A DNA stretch of 64,000 bases from Eledone cirrhosa (GCA_964016885.1 OZ024748.1:23870001-23934000), one strand, 5' to 3'. Shown: positions 27,927 through 42,489, counted from the stretch's first letter. The notes: generated from the sequence alone by a model not told the origin. Numbers and translations: made by a program.

Positions 27927-27930
<4 letters not shown>
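27247..27930 (-). mobile_element. Internally deleted Helitron with RepHel N-/C-terminal fusion ORF (27543-27818)
   Basis: ORF carries Pif1 helicase C-terminal motifs TINKAQGQT..FSHGQLYVGCSRV; 3' hairpin ccggc/gccgg + CTAG|T at 27247-27250. Confidence 0.85.
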
Positions 27931-28012
<82 letters not shown>

Positions 28013-28056
28013 AAGTTAAATAAAAGTCAAATGATTAAAATTTAGCTTCGTTTATT

Positions 28057-28111
28057 ACTGCTATATATATTTCAGTGACAGCCATCTTTGGCTATGACCT
28101 CTTCAGGCAGT
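28057..28111 (-). ncRNA. Type I hammerhead ribozyme in PLE 3' pLTR (family A)
   Basis: Minus strand: actgc-CTGAAGA-ggtcatagcca aaga tggctgtcact-GAAA-tatata-TA-gcagt-AATAAA. Confidence 0.85.
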
Positions 28112-29309
28112 TTGAATTAGTATGGTATAGACAAGTACATATATTGTTTAGGTGTATAATATTGTCAATACTCTGATATGCCCAGTTCCTTGTTGGGTTG
28201 TTAATTCACTGAGGAACTGGAGTCATATGAATTCAAACAAACGAATTTTAGTGTCAAAGGTCCCCTTCTCCTCTCATTGGTCAGTTATTAGAACATTCCT
28301 CATTCTAAGTGTTGTTATTGTTGGAGTTAGCTTAAAAATTGATAAAATAGTAGAAGGGACAAGGTGTTAAAGGAACAAAATAACAGAAAAAGTGTCAAAC
28401 TTCCCATTGGTCAGTTCTGAAAGCATTCCTCAGTCAGAAGTCTATAGAATTCTTTCTGGGGTGAGGCTCCCTGTAGTGTTTTTGCCTGCTATTGTTCAGT
28501 ACATTTGACCTCCACCATTATTTTGGTACTGTTGTTGGTGTAGTGGTCAGCTTATATCTTGCTGCTGCTAACAATTTAGAAGTATCCAGTTTGTGTTTTC
28601 TTTTCCCTTCATCCCTCCCCCCACCATCGTAGTGGTGTGGGGGGGGGGGGGTGTTCTTCCATGTATATGAAGAAATATAAGGCAATAAATGAAGAGAACA
28701 GAAAATAAATAAATAATATAATAAAATAATTAATATAATTTGTGTAATTTGAAAATAAATAAATAAATAGAGAATAAAGGATAAATGAGAGATTGGTGAA
28801 AAAGTAATGAAAATGAATATGGAGAAGTGAGAAATAATGTAGGATAAAGTGTGTGTGTGTGCTATAACCAATCTCAAGGTCAGAATATGTTGGATAGATT
28901 GGTATGAGACAAGATGTTAAGATGAGATATTCAAACTCAATGTGTTTGTGTTATAATCTATCTCAACTTAAAATAAATATAAGGTGATACAGTGAAGAGG
29001 GCAGAAAACAAATAACAAATTAATAAAGAGAAATCAAGATTTAAGATTGGAACTTGAAAGTCAGAAATCTGGTAAATTAAAAGTGTTTGTGTTATAGATG
29101 TTGGCCAAATTATTATGGCTGTGTCCGATTCTATCTCTATGCTATCATGGTGTCTGCTCCGCCTGGGTTGTTCCCTGTGGCTTGAGGGGAGTTCACAACC
29201 TAGGGTGTTTTTATTGCCCATATAGCTTGAGGGAGGTCTGGCCGAGAGGTGTTTTCATGTTCTGTAGAAGTCCCTATAGCTTGAGGGGAGTTCACATCTT
29301 CTTGTGTTG

Positions 29310-30874
29310 CTACTGTCCATATATCTTGAGAAAGGTCCCGGCTCTAAGGTGTCTGCATGTCCCGAAGAAGTCGGTTCTGAGGTTTATCAGGCCGCTTCCA
29401 CCTCTTAGTATCTCGAGGGTCTCGTTCAGGCATAGTTTGCATATGCAAGATCCCCCTTTATCGGGTGGTACTTTCCTGATTATGTACCAGGCCAGAGAGT
29501 ATGGGGTCCTGTCCAGCTTAAGCTTCCAGATCAGGTCGGAGAGAGCTGTGCTTTTCCTTTTGGCCTCCTTCTTGAATGAATGGCGATGGTTGTACCAGCG
29601 GTCCTTAAAGTTCCTTGATGTGGCTCCTATGTAGAGGTGTTCGGAGTTGGGGGGTTTTAACCCTACAACCGTACACTAGGTTCTTCTTGAGACATTCATT
29701 ACCAAGGGGGCATGATTCGGGGTTTCTGCAGTTGCAGAGGGTGGTCGGCCTCTGCATGCCTAGATTAGGGTTTTCATTATGTGTTACATGTTGGTCCTCC
29801 CCCATGCTCGGTGGGGGGTCCTTGGGTCTGTTTGTGTTTCTTGGGTGGGCTCTGGGTCCCCCCTTCCCTCCTTTCACATGGTTCTGCTGAGTGTTTGTAT
29901 TGCCATCTTCTGGTTGTGTGTGGTTTTTAAGCCTACTTCTGTTGATGCTAGCTATGTGTTGGGCCAAATTTCTCGTGGTGGAATACGAAAGCTTCACAGT
30001 GTGTCTGTTGAAGATCCTGTGGTATCTGTGGTCCCTCGGGAAGCATTTGTCAAGTGCTCCAAAGAATAATCGGGCCAAGCTTTTCTTTAGGGCCGCTGAG
30101 TAGGGTGGGTTGTACCACGTGATTTGTCGGTGTCTCCTCTTATATGTGTGGGTCGGGGGCTTCGTGATTTGTTGGAGATTTGTTGGGTTGCTGGTGTTTC
30201 CGCACTGTTGCTTCCCTTTTAGGCTCTATACTTTTTGTTATCTTCGCGGCCCGGATTTGTGGGGTGGTTGTTGTCCGCCCCGGGAGATCCATCGTGGGGT
30301 GGTCGCCCGTTCCCCCCCCCCACGTGTCCTGCGGTTGGGGTCGTCCGTCCTGGGGTAGTTAACGTCACGCCTGAGACTGCTACTCATATTGTGCTCCATC
30401 TCGTGGTCAAGCGCACTAGTCAACACCGCCCGTGTGGTGGTGTCTGGTACATGGTGCCTATTTGATTCTACTCTGCCTGTATTGTTAGGGTTCGCCCTCC
30501 CCCCTCTGGCAACGCGGTTGTGGGTGTCTGTTGGGCTATCCACCTCCCGGCTTTTCGGACTATATGTTATATTTTGTCCATGTGCCGCCTTCTTTAGAGC
30601 TGCGTTGTAATATTCCGCGTGGTTGTTGAATATTTCCTTACTTGCGGACAGGCTGGAGATCCTGTCCGAGACACTCTTCACCACTGCCTTGGTTATGGAT
30701 CTAGGGTGGTTTGATTTGGCGTTAACATATACGAGTTTCTCGTTTGGCTTGTGGTAGGGGTAGTATTGCTCGGTGTTCAGGTTTAGAGTGGTGTCTAGGA
30801 AGTTAACTACCTTCCTATTTGGGTCTATTTCTATGCTGAGCCCCTGGTTCTTAAAGAAATGGCGAATACGCCTT
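29310..30874 (-). pseudogene. Disrupted PLE RT-thumb/GIY-YIG ORF
   Basis: +1 frameshift in the G6 run at 29649-29654; two in-frame stops in the linker at ~30226-30240. Confidence 0.85.
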
Positions 30875-30999
30875 TATTTTACACTACTCCGGAGTAACCA
30901 AACCAACCTGCGCACTTCGTCGAGTGCTCCAGCCTGCATACTGAGGTGTTGGTATACAACCAACATAAACTCAAAATCTATATATATATATATATATAT

Positions 31000-31304
<305 letters not shown>

Positions 31305-31458
31305 CGAATGACAGAGAATCTAAAGGTGAATACAGAAAAAAAAGGAGAGAATGAGTGAGAAAATGTGTTAGTTTCTGTATTTACTTTTTCAAAGACTATT
31401 AAAATGTCGTTGCTGTAGTAACAAAACTAACGCTTAGCAACTATTATACGTTTCTTAT

Positions 31459-34230
31459 CAAAGCTAGCCACACTAATAGTACATACACACATACATACAC
31501 ACATAGAGACACAAAGCTAGCCACACTAATACTACATACACACATACATACACACATAGAGACATAAAGCTAGCCACACTAATAGTACATACACACATAC
31601 ATACACACATAGAGACACAGAGCTAGCCACACTAATAGTACATACACACATACATACACACATAGAGACACAAAGCTAGCCACACTAATAGTACATACAC
31701 ACATACATACACACATAGAGACACAAAGCTAGCCAGACTAATATTACATACACACATACACACATAGAGACACAAAGCTAGCCACACTAATACTACATAC
31801 ACACATACATACACACATAGAGACACAGAGCTAGCCACACTAATACTACATACACACATACACACATAGAGACACAAAGCTAGCCACACTAATAGTACAT
31901 ACACACATACATACACACATAGAGACACAAAGCTAGCCACACTAATAGTACATACACACATACATACACACATAGAGACACAAAACTAGCCACACTAATA
32001 GTACATACACACATACATACACACATAGAGACACAAAGCTAGCCAGACTAATATTACATACACACATACACACATAGAGACACAAAGCTAGCCACACTAA
32101 TACTACATACACACATACATACACACATAGAGACACAGAGCTAGCCACACTAATACTACATACACACATACACACATAGAGACACAAAGCTAGCCACACT
32201 AATAGTACATACACACATACATACACACATAGAGACACAAAACTAGCCACACTAATACTACATACACAAATACATACACACATAGAGACACAGAGCTAGC
32301 CACACTAATAGTACATACACACATACATACACACATAGAGACACAAAGCTAGCCACACTAATAGTACATACACACATACAAACACACATAGAGACACAAA
32401 GATAACCACACTTATACTACATACACACATACATACACACATAGAGACACAAAGCTAGCCACACTAATAGTACATACACACATACATACACACATAGAGA
32501 CACAAAGCTAGCCACACTAATACTACATACACACATACATACACACATAGAGACACAGAGCTAGCCACACTAATACTACATACACAAATACATACACACA
32601 TAGAGACACAAAGCTAGCCACACTAATACTACATACACACATACATACACACATAGAGACACAAAGCTAGCCACACTAATACTACATACACAAATACATA
32701 CACACATAGAGACACAAAGCTAGCCACACTAATACTACATACACACATACATACACACATAGAGACACAAAGCTAGCTACACTAATAGTACATACATACA
32801 TACATACACACATAGAGACACAAAGCTAGCCACACTAATAGTACATACACACATACATACACACATAGAGACACAAAGCTAGCCACACTAATACTACATA
32901 CACACATAGAGACACAAAGCTAGCCACACTAATAGTACATACACACATACATACACACATAGAGACACAAAGCTAGCCACACTAATAGTACATACACACA
33001 TACATACACACATAGAGACACAGAGCTAGCCACCCTAATACTACATACACACATACACACATAGAGATACAAAGATAACCACACTTATACTACATACACA
33101 CATACATACACACATAGAGACACAAAGCTAGCCACATTAATAGTACATACACACATACATACACACATAGAGACACAAAGCTAGCCACACTAATAGTACA
33201 TACACACATACATACACACATAGAGACACAAAGCTAGCCACACTAATAGTACATACACACATACATACACACATAGAGACACAGAGCTAGCCACACTAAT
33301 AGTACATACACACATACATACACACATAGAGACACAAAGCTAGCCACACTAATACTACATACACACATACATACACACATAGAGACACAAAGCTAGCCAC
33401 ACGAATAGTACATACACATATACATACACACATAGAGACACAGAGCTAGCCACACTAATAGTACATACACACATACATACACACATAGAGACACAAAGCT
33501 AGCCACACTAATACTACATACACACATACATACACACATAGAGACACAAAGCTAGCCACACTAATCCTACATACACACATACATACACACATAGAGAAAC
33601 AGAGCTATCCACACTAATAGTACATACACACATACATACACACATAGAGACACAAAGCTAGCCACACTAATACTACATACACACATACATACACACATAC
33701 AGACACAAAGCTAGCCACACTAATACTACATACACACATACATACACACATAGAGACACAAAGCTAGCCACACTAATACTACATACACACATACATACAC
33801 ACATAGAGACACAAAGCTAGCCACACTAATACTACATACACACATACATACACACATAGAGACACAGAGCTAGCCACACTTATAGTACATACACACATAC
33901 ATACACACATAGAGACACAAAGCTAGCCACACTAATAGTACATACACACATACATACACAGATAGAGACACAAAGCTAGCCACACTAATAGTACATACAC
34001 ACATACATACACACATAGAGACACAAAGATAACCACACTTATACTACATACACACATACATACACACATAGAGACACAAAGATAACCACACTTATACTAC
34101 ATACACACACTGGTACACACATAGAGACACAAAGATAACCACACTTATACTACATACACACATACATACACACATAGAGACACAAAGATAACCACACTTA
34201 TACTACATACACACATAGAGACACACACAA
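31459..34230. repeat. 53-bp minisatellite (~52 units, with 49-bp variants)
   Basis: agagacacaaagctagccacactaata(g/c)tacatacacacatacatacacacat repeated; a 310-bp block is duplicated (31632 vs 31942). Confidence 0.95.
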
Positions 34231-34936
34231 GAGTACACTCTACAATACAAACCTAGTGTTTCTCCAAACAGAACGTAATCTAGTGGATCATGTACAAACA
34301 CAGACAAATTACACGGCATACTCTCCCGTATTAACATATTAGTATTGATTCCGTACTTTACTGTTATTTTTTACTGGGATTCCATATCTAATGGTGCTGC
34401 TTGCTTCAACATTTACATGTTGATAGAGGAATTATATTTTGTTAAATAATGTGTAAACCCCCCCCCCCCCTCACACACACACACACACCTCAGCGCCCTG
34501 TGTGTAGGTGAATAGTTAGACTGGGGTGGAAGAGAGGTGGTGATGTGACATATCAAATTCAATGTTATATTGAAGACAGCTTTATTGAAGAAACACTCAC
34601 ATGTGATTTTCGAAGAATGAACATGTTGATCCCAGGAATGATTTGAGTTTCGTATGTTGGTCAATTGAACCTTCATCAGTTATCGATTAAGACCACGACT
34701 TTGGATACACAATTGAATTTTATATGTTCAATGGCTACATATAGAGCACACATGTAGGATACTGTATGACACATGTAGAATTCTTATCGTATGTGGCTTC
34801 GTTGGAGATGTCAGCTGACCAGGCTTTATGAAACACATATTTGTTATGAGCTGCCTAAATATATGATCCCGGAAGAAACTGACTGGATCATAGCATCAGC
34901 CCAGACATCCACACAACATTGACTAACAGACTATTG

Positions 34937-35555
34937 ACTGTTGAGGACCAGAGGTGTCTTTTTACTGCTCAGTTAAGGTGACACTAACAGACTGTTGAGG
35001 GTCAGAGGTGTGTTTTTACTGCTCGGGTAAGGTGACACTAACTAAACAGACTGTTGAAGACAAGAGGTGTGTTTTTACTGCTCAGCTAAGGTTGTGTTGC
35101 CTAACAGACTGTTGAGGGCCAGAGGTGTGTTTTTACTGCTCGGGTAAGGTGACACTAACAGACTGTTGGGGGTCAGAGGTGTGTTTTTACTGCTCGGGTA
35201 AGGTGACACTAACTAAACAGACTGTTGAAGACAAGAGGTGTGTTTTTACTGCTCAGCTAAGGTGACACTGACTTTTGAGGACAAGAGGTGTGTTTTTACT
35301 GCTCAGCTAAGGTGACACTGACTAAAGACTGTTGAGGACAAGAGGTGTGTTTTTACTGCTCAACTAAGGTGACAATGAATAAACTGACTGTTGCGGGCCA
35401 GAGGTGTGTTTTCACTGCTCAGGTAAGGCGACACTAACTAAACAGAGTGGTGAGGATCAGAGGTGTGTTTTCACTGCTCGGGTAAGGTGACACTAACTAA
35501 ACTGACTGTAGAGGACCAGAGGTGTATTTTCACTGCTCAGGTAAGGCGACATTGA
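34937..35555. repeat. 54-59-bp minisatellite (~11 units)
   Basis: actgttgagg..agaggtgtgtttt(t/c)actgctc..taaggtgacactaac(taaac)ag. Confidence 0.9.
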
Positions 35556-36396
35556 CGAAAACGATATTGTTTGGGGTTTTTTTCTCACAAGCCATAATTA
35601 CTTATACTTCCTGCATTAAATATGTTAAGACTAATTTAACTCTTGTTTTTTTATGTAGTAGGCGTTTCTTAGTTACGTATGTATTTATATCTGTGTGTGT
35701 TTGTGTATGTGTGCGTGCATATGTATGTATGTGTTTATGCGTATCCGTGTATGTGTATGTTGGCTGTGTATGAGGGTGATGACGTCAAATATATAGAGTT
35801 TGTCTTAGCAGTATTTCGTTACGTCTTCTGTGTGCTCAGTGGAAATCTCGCCGGGGGTAACAACCTATAGTCATACTGTCAATAAAATAAGTAGCAGTCA
35901 TTTTAATGTGTCGTTACAAGGTTTTCCTGTGATTTTCTTCTTCTGAGAAGAAATATAATCATCGAGAAGAGAAATAATATTTTATGAAAAGGAGAAGTTT
36001 GTGTTGCCTTTTTCTATCTTTCGTTATATTTCGTCTTGGAAGGAGGCGAATTGTATGAATCTTTCGGTTTGGATTAAAATCTCCAGTTACCGCACATAAA
36101 CATATTACCAGACACAGTGGAGCCGCCAATGGACTCATTATGTGGTTGTTATACCTGTTAGAAATAGCAGCCAAATCTCTCACAAATCACAGCTTACTCT
36201 ATGAAATAAATGAAGGAAACATTGGATAATGTATTCTTAGATATAATATATCTGGAAAATACACATGGGTAAGTCGTAGATAGAACAGGATCAGGGTTGA
36301 CTAGAGGGCTACACAATGACAACAGCTACAACAGCTACAACAACAATAAGAAGGCCCATTCTTAATAACTGCACACATACATACATATATACATAC

Positions 36397-36765
36397 GATC
36401 AGCTGCCCACTTGATGTAAACGTTGTCAGAAAAATACAGGAGAAGGAGGACATCTACGGACCATTGATGAGGAGTTTACAAATCCAGTATCCAAGATACA
36501 CCTTTAGCTTCATACCCATCATTATTGGTGCTACGGGTTATATACCAACCCGCTTGGACCAAAGTATGGCTGAACTTGGATTTGCGGACAAAAAGCGCAG
36601 CTCCCTAATTCATAGTCTACAAATGGCTGCGATAGCTGGCACCTTCAAAATTTGCAAAACATTCTTGCGATTCAAGGGATGACCATTTCTTTTCTTTTAC
36701 AACCTTGCCACCAGGAAGGTGGCCGGTCAAAAAAATATACTCGAAATTAAGAGAAAGAGATAACA
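36397..36765 (+). mobile_element. 3' end of R4/Dong-like non-LTR element (restriction-like endonuclease C-terminus)
   Basis: ISCPLDVNVVRKIQEKEDIYGPL..FIPIIIGATG..ICKTFL*; short 3' UTR runs into (TACA)n; second 3' copy at 37819-37965. Confidence 0.75.
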
Positions 36766-37818
36766 TAAATACATACATATATACATACATATATACATAC
36801 ATACGTACGTACGTATTTATGTATGTGTAATATATGTGTATATGCGTGTGTGTATGTGTGTGCCATACATACATACATACATACACACACACATACATAC
36901 ATACAGACATGCATACATATCTACCTAGTTGATGTTGTGTAAATTCCAATGAGAGAGTCTAGTGTCTATGTTAGAAACCGACTCTCTCTCTCTATTGGCA
37001 AAATTTTGTGAAATTATAAAACCAGAAGAACATACATACATATATACATACTGTGTCATCATACACACACACAGTGTCGTCTGCCAAGTGGAGATTAATA
37101 TAGTTTCAGTGGTACCTACTATGATTAATACATTAGGCTATATAACATTGATTTGAATAAAGCTTTGACATACTGGGTTTTTTTCAAGAAAGAACAAAGC
37201 CATCTGAATTGTATCTTCAAGAGCAATCGACTAGCTTCCATATATAAATTTGAGCGACTTCCGTCCGTCCTTCCGTCACACAATGTGTGTGTGTTTGTGT
37301 GAATGTATGCGTGTGTAAAAGGAAGGAAAGGGATGGTGAAAAAACTATAACAAAACAGTGGCTGGCGTTCCATTTATTATGCTGTGTATCAGTATATGTG
37401 TATGTGTGCGTGTTTGTGTAAATGTGTATGTGTTTAGGTGGATGTATGTGTGTGTTTGTGTGAATGTATGTGTATTTGTGTGAATGTATGTCTGTGAGTG
37501 TGTATTTTTGCGTGTCTGCGCGTTTATATTTATTTATTTACTCATACGTAAACCGTATGCATATGAACATAGAGACATACACATACATATGCACATACAC
37601 GCATACACATACATATGCATATACGTGCCACCATGTTGAAAACAAAGATTTGTAAGATATTCCCAAAATACTCCAGCATACATACATATATATATATACA
37701 TACATATATATGCTTAAAAATATATACATACATACATACATACATACATACATACATACATACATACATACACACATACATACATACATACATACATACA
37801 TACGTACATATATACATA

Positions 37819-37965
37819 CACAAATGGCTGCGATAGCTGGCACCTTCAAAATTTGCAAAACATTCTTGCGATTCAAGGGATGACAATTTCTTTTCTTTTA
37901 CAACCTTGCCACCAGGAAGGTGGCCGGTCAAAAAAATATACTCAAAATTAAGAGAAAGAGAAAAC
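37819..37965 (+). mobile_element. Short 3' stub of the same R4/Dong-like family
   Basis: Near-identical to 36619-36765; flanked by (TACA)n. Confidence 0.8.
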
Positions 37966-38140
37966 ATATATATACATAAATACATACATACATACATACA
38001 TACATCAATACACACATTACATACATACACACATTCATACATACATATATCTATATAGACACACAAGCAAACATACACACACACACATACACATACATAC
38101 ATACATACATACATACATACATACATACATACATACATAC

Positions 38141-38552
38141 ATGGTGGCTGCCAACTCGTTTTAGAGTACGGCCACTACTTTATATCCATGTAGGAGAACC
38201 CCTACAGATGCGCTAAACAAGTGTGACTTCTTAGTCCAGCCAGCGACTTGAAAACTCTGGTACAAACACTACACTTGTGACAATTATTGACACAGTGCTG
38301 GGCCCATGGTACCATGTGGCGACAAGTGCAGAGAGATCTCCAGATATAAAGCAATGCCTGTGCCGTGAAGCTTTTATAGTGAGCAAAGGCACTGCACAAA
38401 GCCAGTCCCACTCTCTTAACCGAGATGATATTTACCAAAAAGAAGAACAAGTCAACATCATTGGATACCATCAGGGTTGCAGGTGTTATATAGGAGTTTT
38501 CCTTCTCCTAGAATTCTGCCTTGACAAAGGCTAAGGGGTCATCTCTCCCGGA
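38141..38552 (-). mobile_element. 3' end of RTE-like LINE in (TACA)n
   Basis: C2H2-like HKCSVCTRVFKSLAGLRSH; 3' end ggcagccaccatgtatgta resembles ggcagccatcatgtatgta of the 19025 element. Confidence 0.6.
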
Positions 38553-40646
38553 TACATACATACATATATACATACATACATACATACATACATACATACA
38601 TACATACATACATACATACATACATGCATACACACATACAAACATACATACATACAAACATGCATACACACATACAAACACACATATATACATACATACA
38701 AACATACATACATACAAACATGCATACACACATACAAACACACATATATACATACATACATACATACACACACACATACAAACATGCAAACATACATACA
38801 TACACACCTACATGCATGCATACACTCGCACAAGCACACACGCATACATACATACATACATACATAAACACATACAAACACACACACATACACACATACA
38901 AACACACACACACATACATGCATCCATACATATTTAACAATTCGACGTAAACAGACATTAACAGACGTGAAGAGACACATTGTTGGCGTGAGAAACTATT
39001 CAATGAATTTCCATTGAATACTATCTGCAACATTAATGTCATAGTTATAAGCCTCGTTAAATAACTGCTTATTCTTCTGATAACATTCATTGAAGAATCC
39101 TTTTATTTAATATCGCAGAGGTGTTTGTCTCAAACCTGAATTCACCGTGCAGAGAATCACCATAAACAACATGGCTGGACACGGAAATAACAACAACATG
39201 GGAGAAGAACCAAAGAAAAACACAGCCAGAAATAGAGAAAAAAAAAAACAAAAAAACAAAAAAGAAAAAAATCATCTTGCTGGTTGGAGTTATAGAATTT
39301 GAAATTATAAATTCCCTTTTTCTTGGAATTATGAACTCAATAATGCCTTATGAAACTATAAAATAGCGGGAAAACCCAGAAATATTTGTCTGTATGCTCT
39401 GTGAATATTAATTATTCTGTGGTGAACTAGACTGAGAGTGGGATTATATCACGGCATAACAATTACTCTAGTGAGAAATATTTGGTGAACCAAAGAGGAA
39501 AGTTGACAATTTTAATTCTATTAACAAACGTGAGAACAATGCTGAAATATGAGTACATGCTGAAATATGAGTACATGCACATATTTCTAGGACACATATG
39601 CCTGAATCACGTGTAACATCAGACCAGACTCCAACTGTTATAATGTTAGCTGGCAGTAAGTCTGACCGTCCATATTGAGATGCCAACAGCCACATTTATA
39701 AATGTATTATGAGCTGGGGTGATGGGAAGAATATAAACAATTGGTATGTAGTTTTAATTAAATGTTTCGGGAAAAGATTCTTTCGTATATAAAATTCCCG
39801 TTATAAGAGTGGCCATATTTGACTAGTGTTAATACAAAGCCCACTGATTTCATACTAATGGCGGTTATTATGATCCAGGGTAAATATTTGAAATAAACTA
39901 ATGAACCACCATTTTGACAAATAAAGCTTGTTTATATTTCCTTTTCTTTAACTGTAAAACTCTATCTTGAAGATAATACAGTAGGAAACAAAGGTAAAAC
40001 AATAAAAAATGTTACAGTGGATTTAGAGAAAGGTAAAAGAATGATAATTGATGAAGGAAACTATCAATTATCTGACGACATTTATCAAATATAAACAACA
40101 AAAACTGAAAATAAAATAGCAAATAAAATAAAATGTTAGGAAATAGTAAATAAAAAATGATTATTCTCCAATATTAGTTTAAAACTGTCAGTAAGAAATT
40201 CCGCTATCAGATAAGAATAATTTAAAAAAAAATAATTAACAAGAAATTTAGTCGACATCAATCAACAATCTATAGAGAGATGAAGGGACAGTCAATAGAA
40301 ATGGTACAAGTTCTTTGTGAAGAATTCTAGGGATTCATTCTGAAGAAACAACTGAAGAGAGAAAAATTAGTTTAACCAGGATAAAGTGTGGTGAGAAAAA
40401 ATCCGAATGAAGTATTGTCATTACATTACACCAAAATCATTCTGTATCAATAGGAATATCCTGAAGAGCGCAAAAGAAAAACTTCAGAATAGGAAAGCAT
40501 ATGAAAAATATTTTTTTTCTTTTGTATTATTGGCTCCTGGTACGAAAATTGATCTCTTAAGGGATGTATCTTATTGACTTTTATCAGATGTGATATAAAT
40601 ATACAGAGCTGGCTGTAGCTGACAGAAACACGTCTGATACACCCCA

Positions 40647-40764
<118 letters not shown>

Positions 40765-40899
40765 AGTACCAGTGACATGGCGAAGAACTACCGGCCATAT
40801 GCACGCCATAATCTAATGTCTGAAATGTCTATAACATAGCTGAACCTATACTTCCAGCATTACTGTGATAGTAGCAATATTATTAGAACCAAGAAGACG

Positions 40900-41720
40900 T
40901 ATGGGAAGGAAGGATTTTGTGGTGTGTTGAGCAATGTTTAACTGACAATATTGTGATGTCAAAGATGTGACGGTATAAGAAGAATATCATAGCAGTCTGG
41001 CTGGTTTACAAGAAAATATTCGATTCTGCTTGTCATTCGCGGATGCTAAAACACCATTCGATTTATTAACAATAAACGTACTGTAGCACATAAAATTTAA
41101 TTAGCAAGATAATTCTTGAAAAGTATAAAACAGCACTATGACTACATCACATTAAAACATGACGTTCACAACAATCTGTTCACCAGTAAACACACTATAA
41201 GCATTTGAATAAACGAACCCACTTTTAGATACTAGATATTACACGATGTTAAGAATTAAAATTTAAGACACCATAATGAAAGTCTTAAACAGCTTGGTTT
41301 ACACCTGGCACACCATCCAGAAATAAAAAGATAAAGTGATTAGAGATATAAGCTTTACACCTCTTTAGGATAAAATATCACACGTTTATATTTCAAGGAT
41401 ATATGATAGAGGTATATTTCAATATATTGCAGGGATATAGTTTAATATCTCACTGAGGGTATATTTCAGAATCTCTGTGATGTTAATACTTCCAGTGAAC
41501 CACTTAAGCCACTTTTATTTTATTGATGAAACCTGAAGAGAATGGGAATGGCTTACAAGAAGACAGGAACACCAACTCAACATATAGCTTTTTTGTTCGC
41601 CATGCAAATATGCCAAAAATATGAATAGCATTAAGAGCTTTGACCTGGTTGTGATTGTCTCAAAGAATATAGGGATGGGCTTTAGCCAGGATAAATGTTC
41701 CTTCGTCATTGTAAAACAAG
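40900..41720 (+). pseudogene. Highly decayed R4/Dong-like RT remnant
   Basis: Eroded motifs: WLVYKKIFDSACHS (cf. W.DYKKAFDSV.H), RGIFQ and IGMGFSQDKC; many stops. Confidence 0.4.
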
Positions 41721-41961
41721 AAATAACGATAGTCTTGCAACATTTCTTTTAATAGACCTACCATTTTCCTTATATCCGACGAGGAATGCTGCAGAGGTAT
41801 CTGTATCAAATGATGACACATGCACCAAGGTACCCATGTCTAGGGAGTATAACTCTTGCATAAAATAAATCAGCGACTCGCAATGTGTTGGCGGTACCAA
41901 TACACAAACCAATATTTGAATTGTTCGATTACGAGGTGAAATGCAGGCGATACATTTCCAT

Positions 41962-42160
41962 ATTAATAATTGTTTCTACTTTTGGCACAAGGCCAGCAAT
42001 TATTCCAGTGTATTACTGGTACTTTATTTTATCGACCCCCGTAAGGATGAAAGGCAAAGTTAACCTCGGCAGGATTTGAACTCAGGTTATAAAGGGCCGT
42101 AACTGTTTGCTGCAAAGCATGGCGTCCGACCCTCTACCGATACTGCCAATCTACCGTCCT
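41962..42160 (-). mobile_element. SINE S1 copy
   Basis: Reverse complement of 1938-2148. Confidence 0.85.
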
Positions 42161-42337
42161 TTTTCCATATTAGTAATGATAATTGCCTGACTCTACCTAA
42201 AACGAAAACGAGGAGACCTATGTGCCATATAAGGTATAACCATAGAACTGAGAAGACTGTTGGACCCTCATACGCCGAAATACGACGGGAGAGTCCATCA
42301 TATATAGATATGGCGGTGATGTATGCATATTTATAAT

Positions 42338-42381
<44 letters not shown>

Positions 42382-42422
42382 TTACTATTATTACTACTAC
42401 TACCACCACCACAATCACCACC

Positions 42423-42457
<35 letters not shown>

Positions 42458-42489
42458 CACCACCACCATCACAATACTACTACTAGCAA

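Larger units (their letters stand above)
28008..30874 (-). mobile_element. 5'-truncated Penelope-like element (C-terminal GIY-YIG; Nematis-like by recall)
   Basis: Minus strand reads VNFLDTTLNL..SNHP..WYNPPYS..IFNRHTVKLSYS..CNCRNPESCPLGNEC..LVY..YIGATSRNFKDRWYNH..CKLCLNE..CRH with stop at 29310; ~1.3 kb 3' UTR/pLTR ending at (TA)n. Confidence 0.9.

Noticed and set aside
29310-30874. Selenoprotein-type (UGA read-through) Naiad PLE
   Set aside because: The endonuclease is C-terminal, the conserved Cys codons are intact and the interrupting stops are TAA/TAG
34510-34923. Coding-looking frame (VRLGWKRGG..YELPKYMIPEETDW)
   Set aside because: Several in-frame stops, no recognisable family and weak splice signals
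31459-35555. CRISPR-like appearance of the regular repeats
   Set aside because: No unique spacers, no cas genes and a eukaryotic context; these are plain tandem repeats
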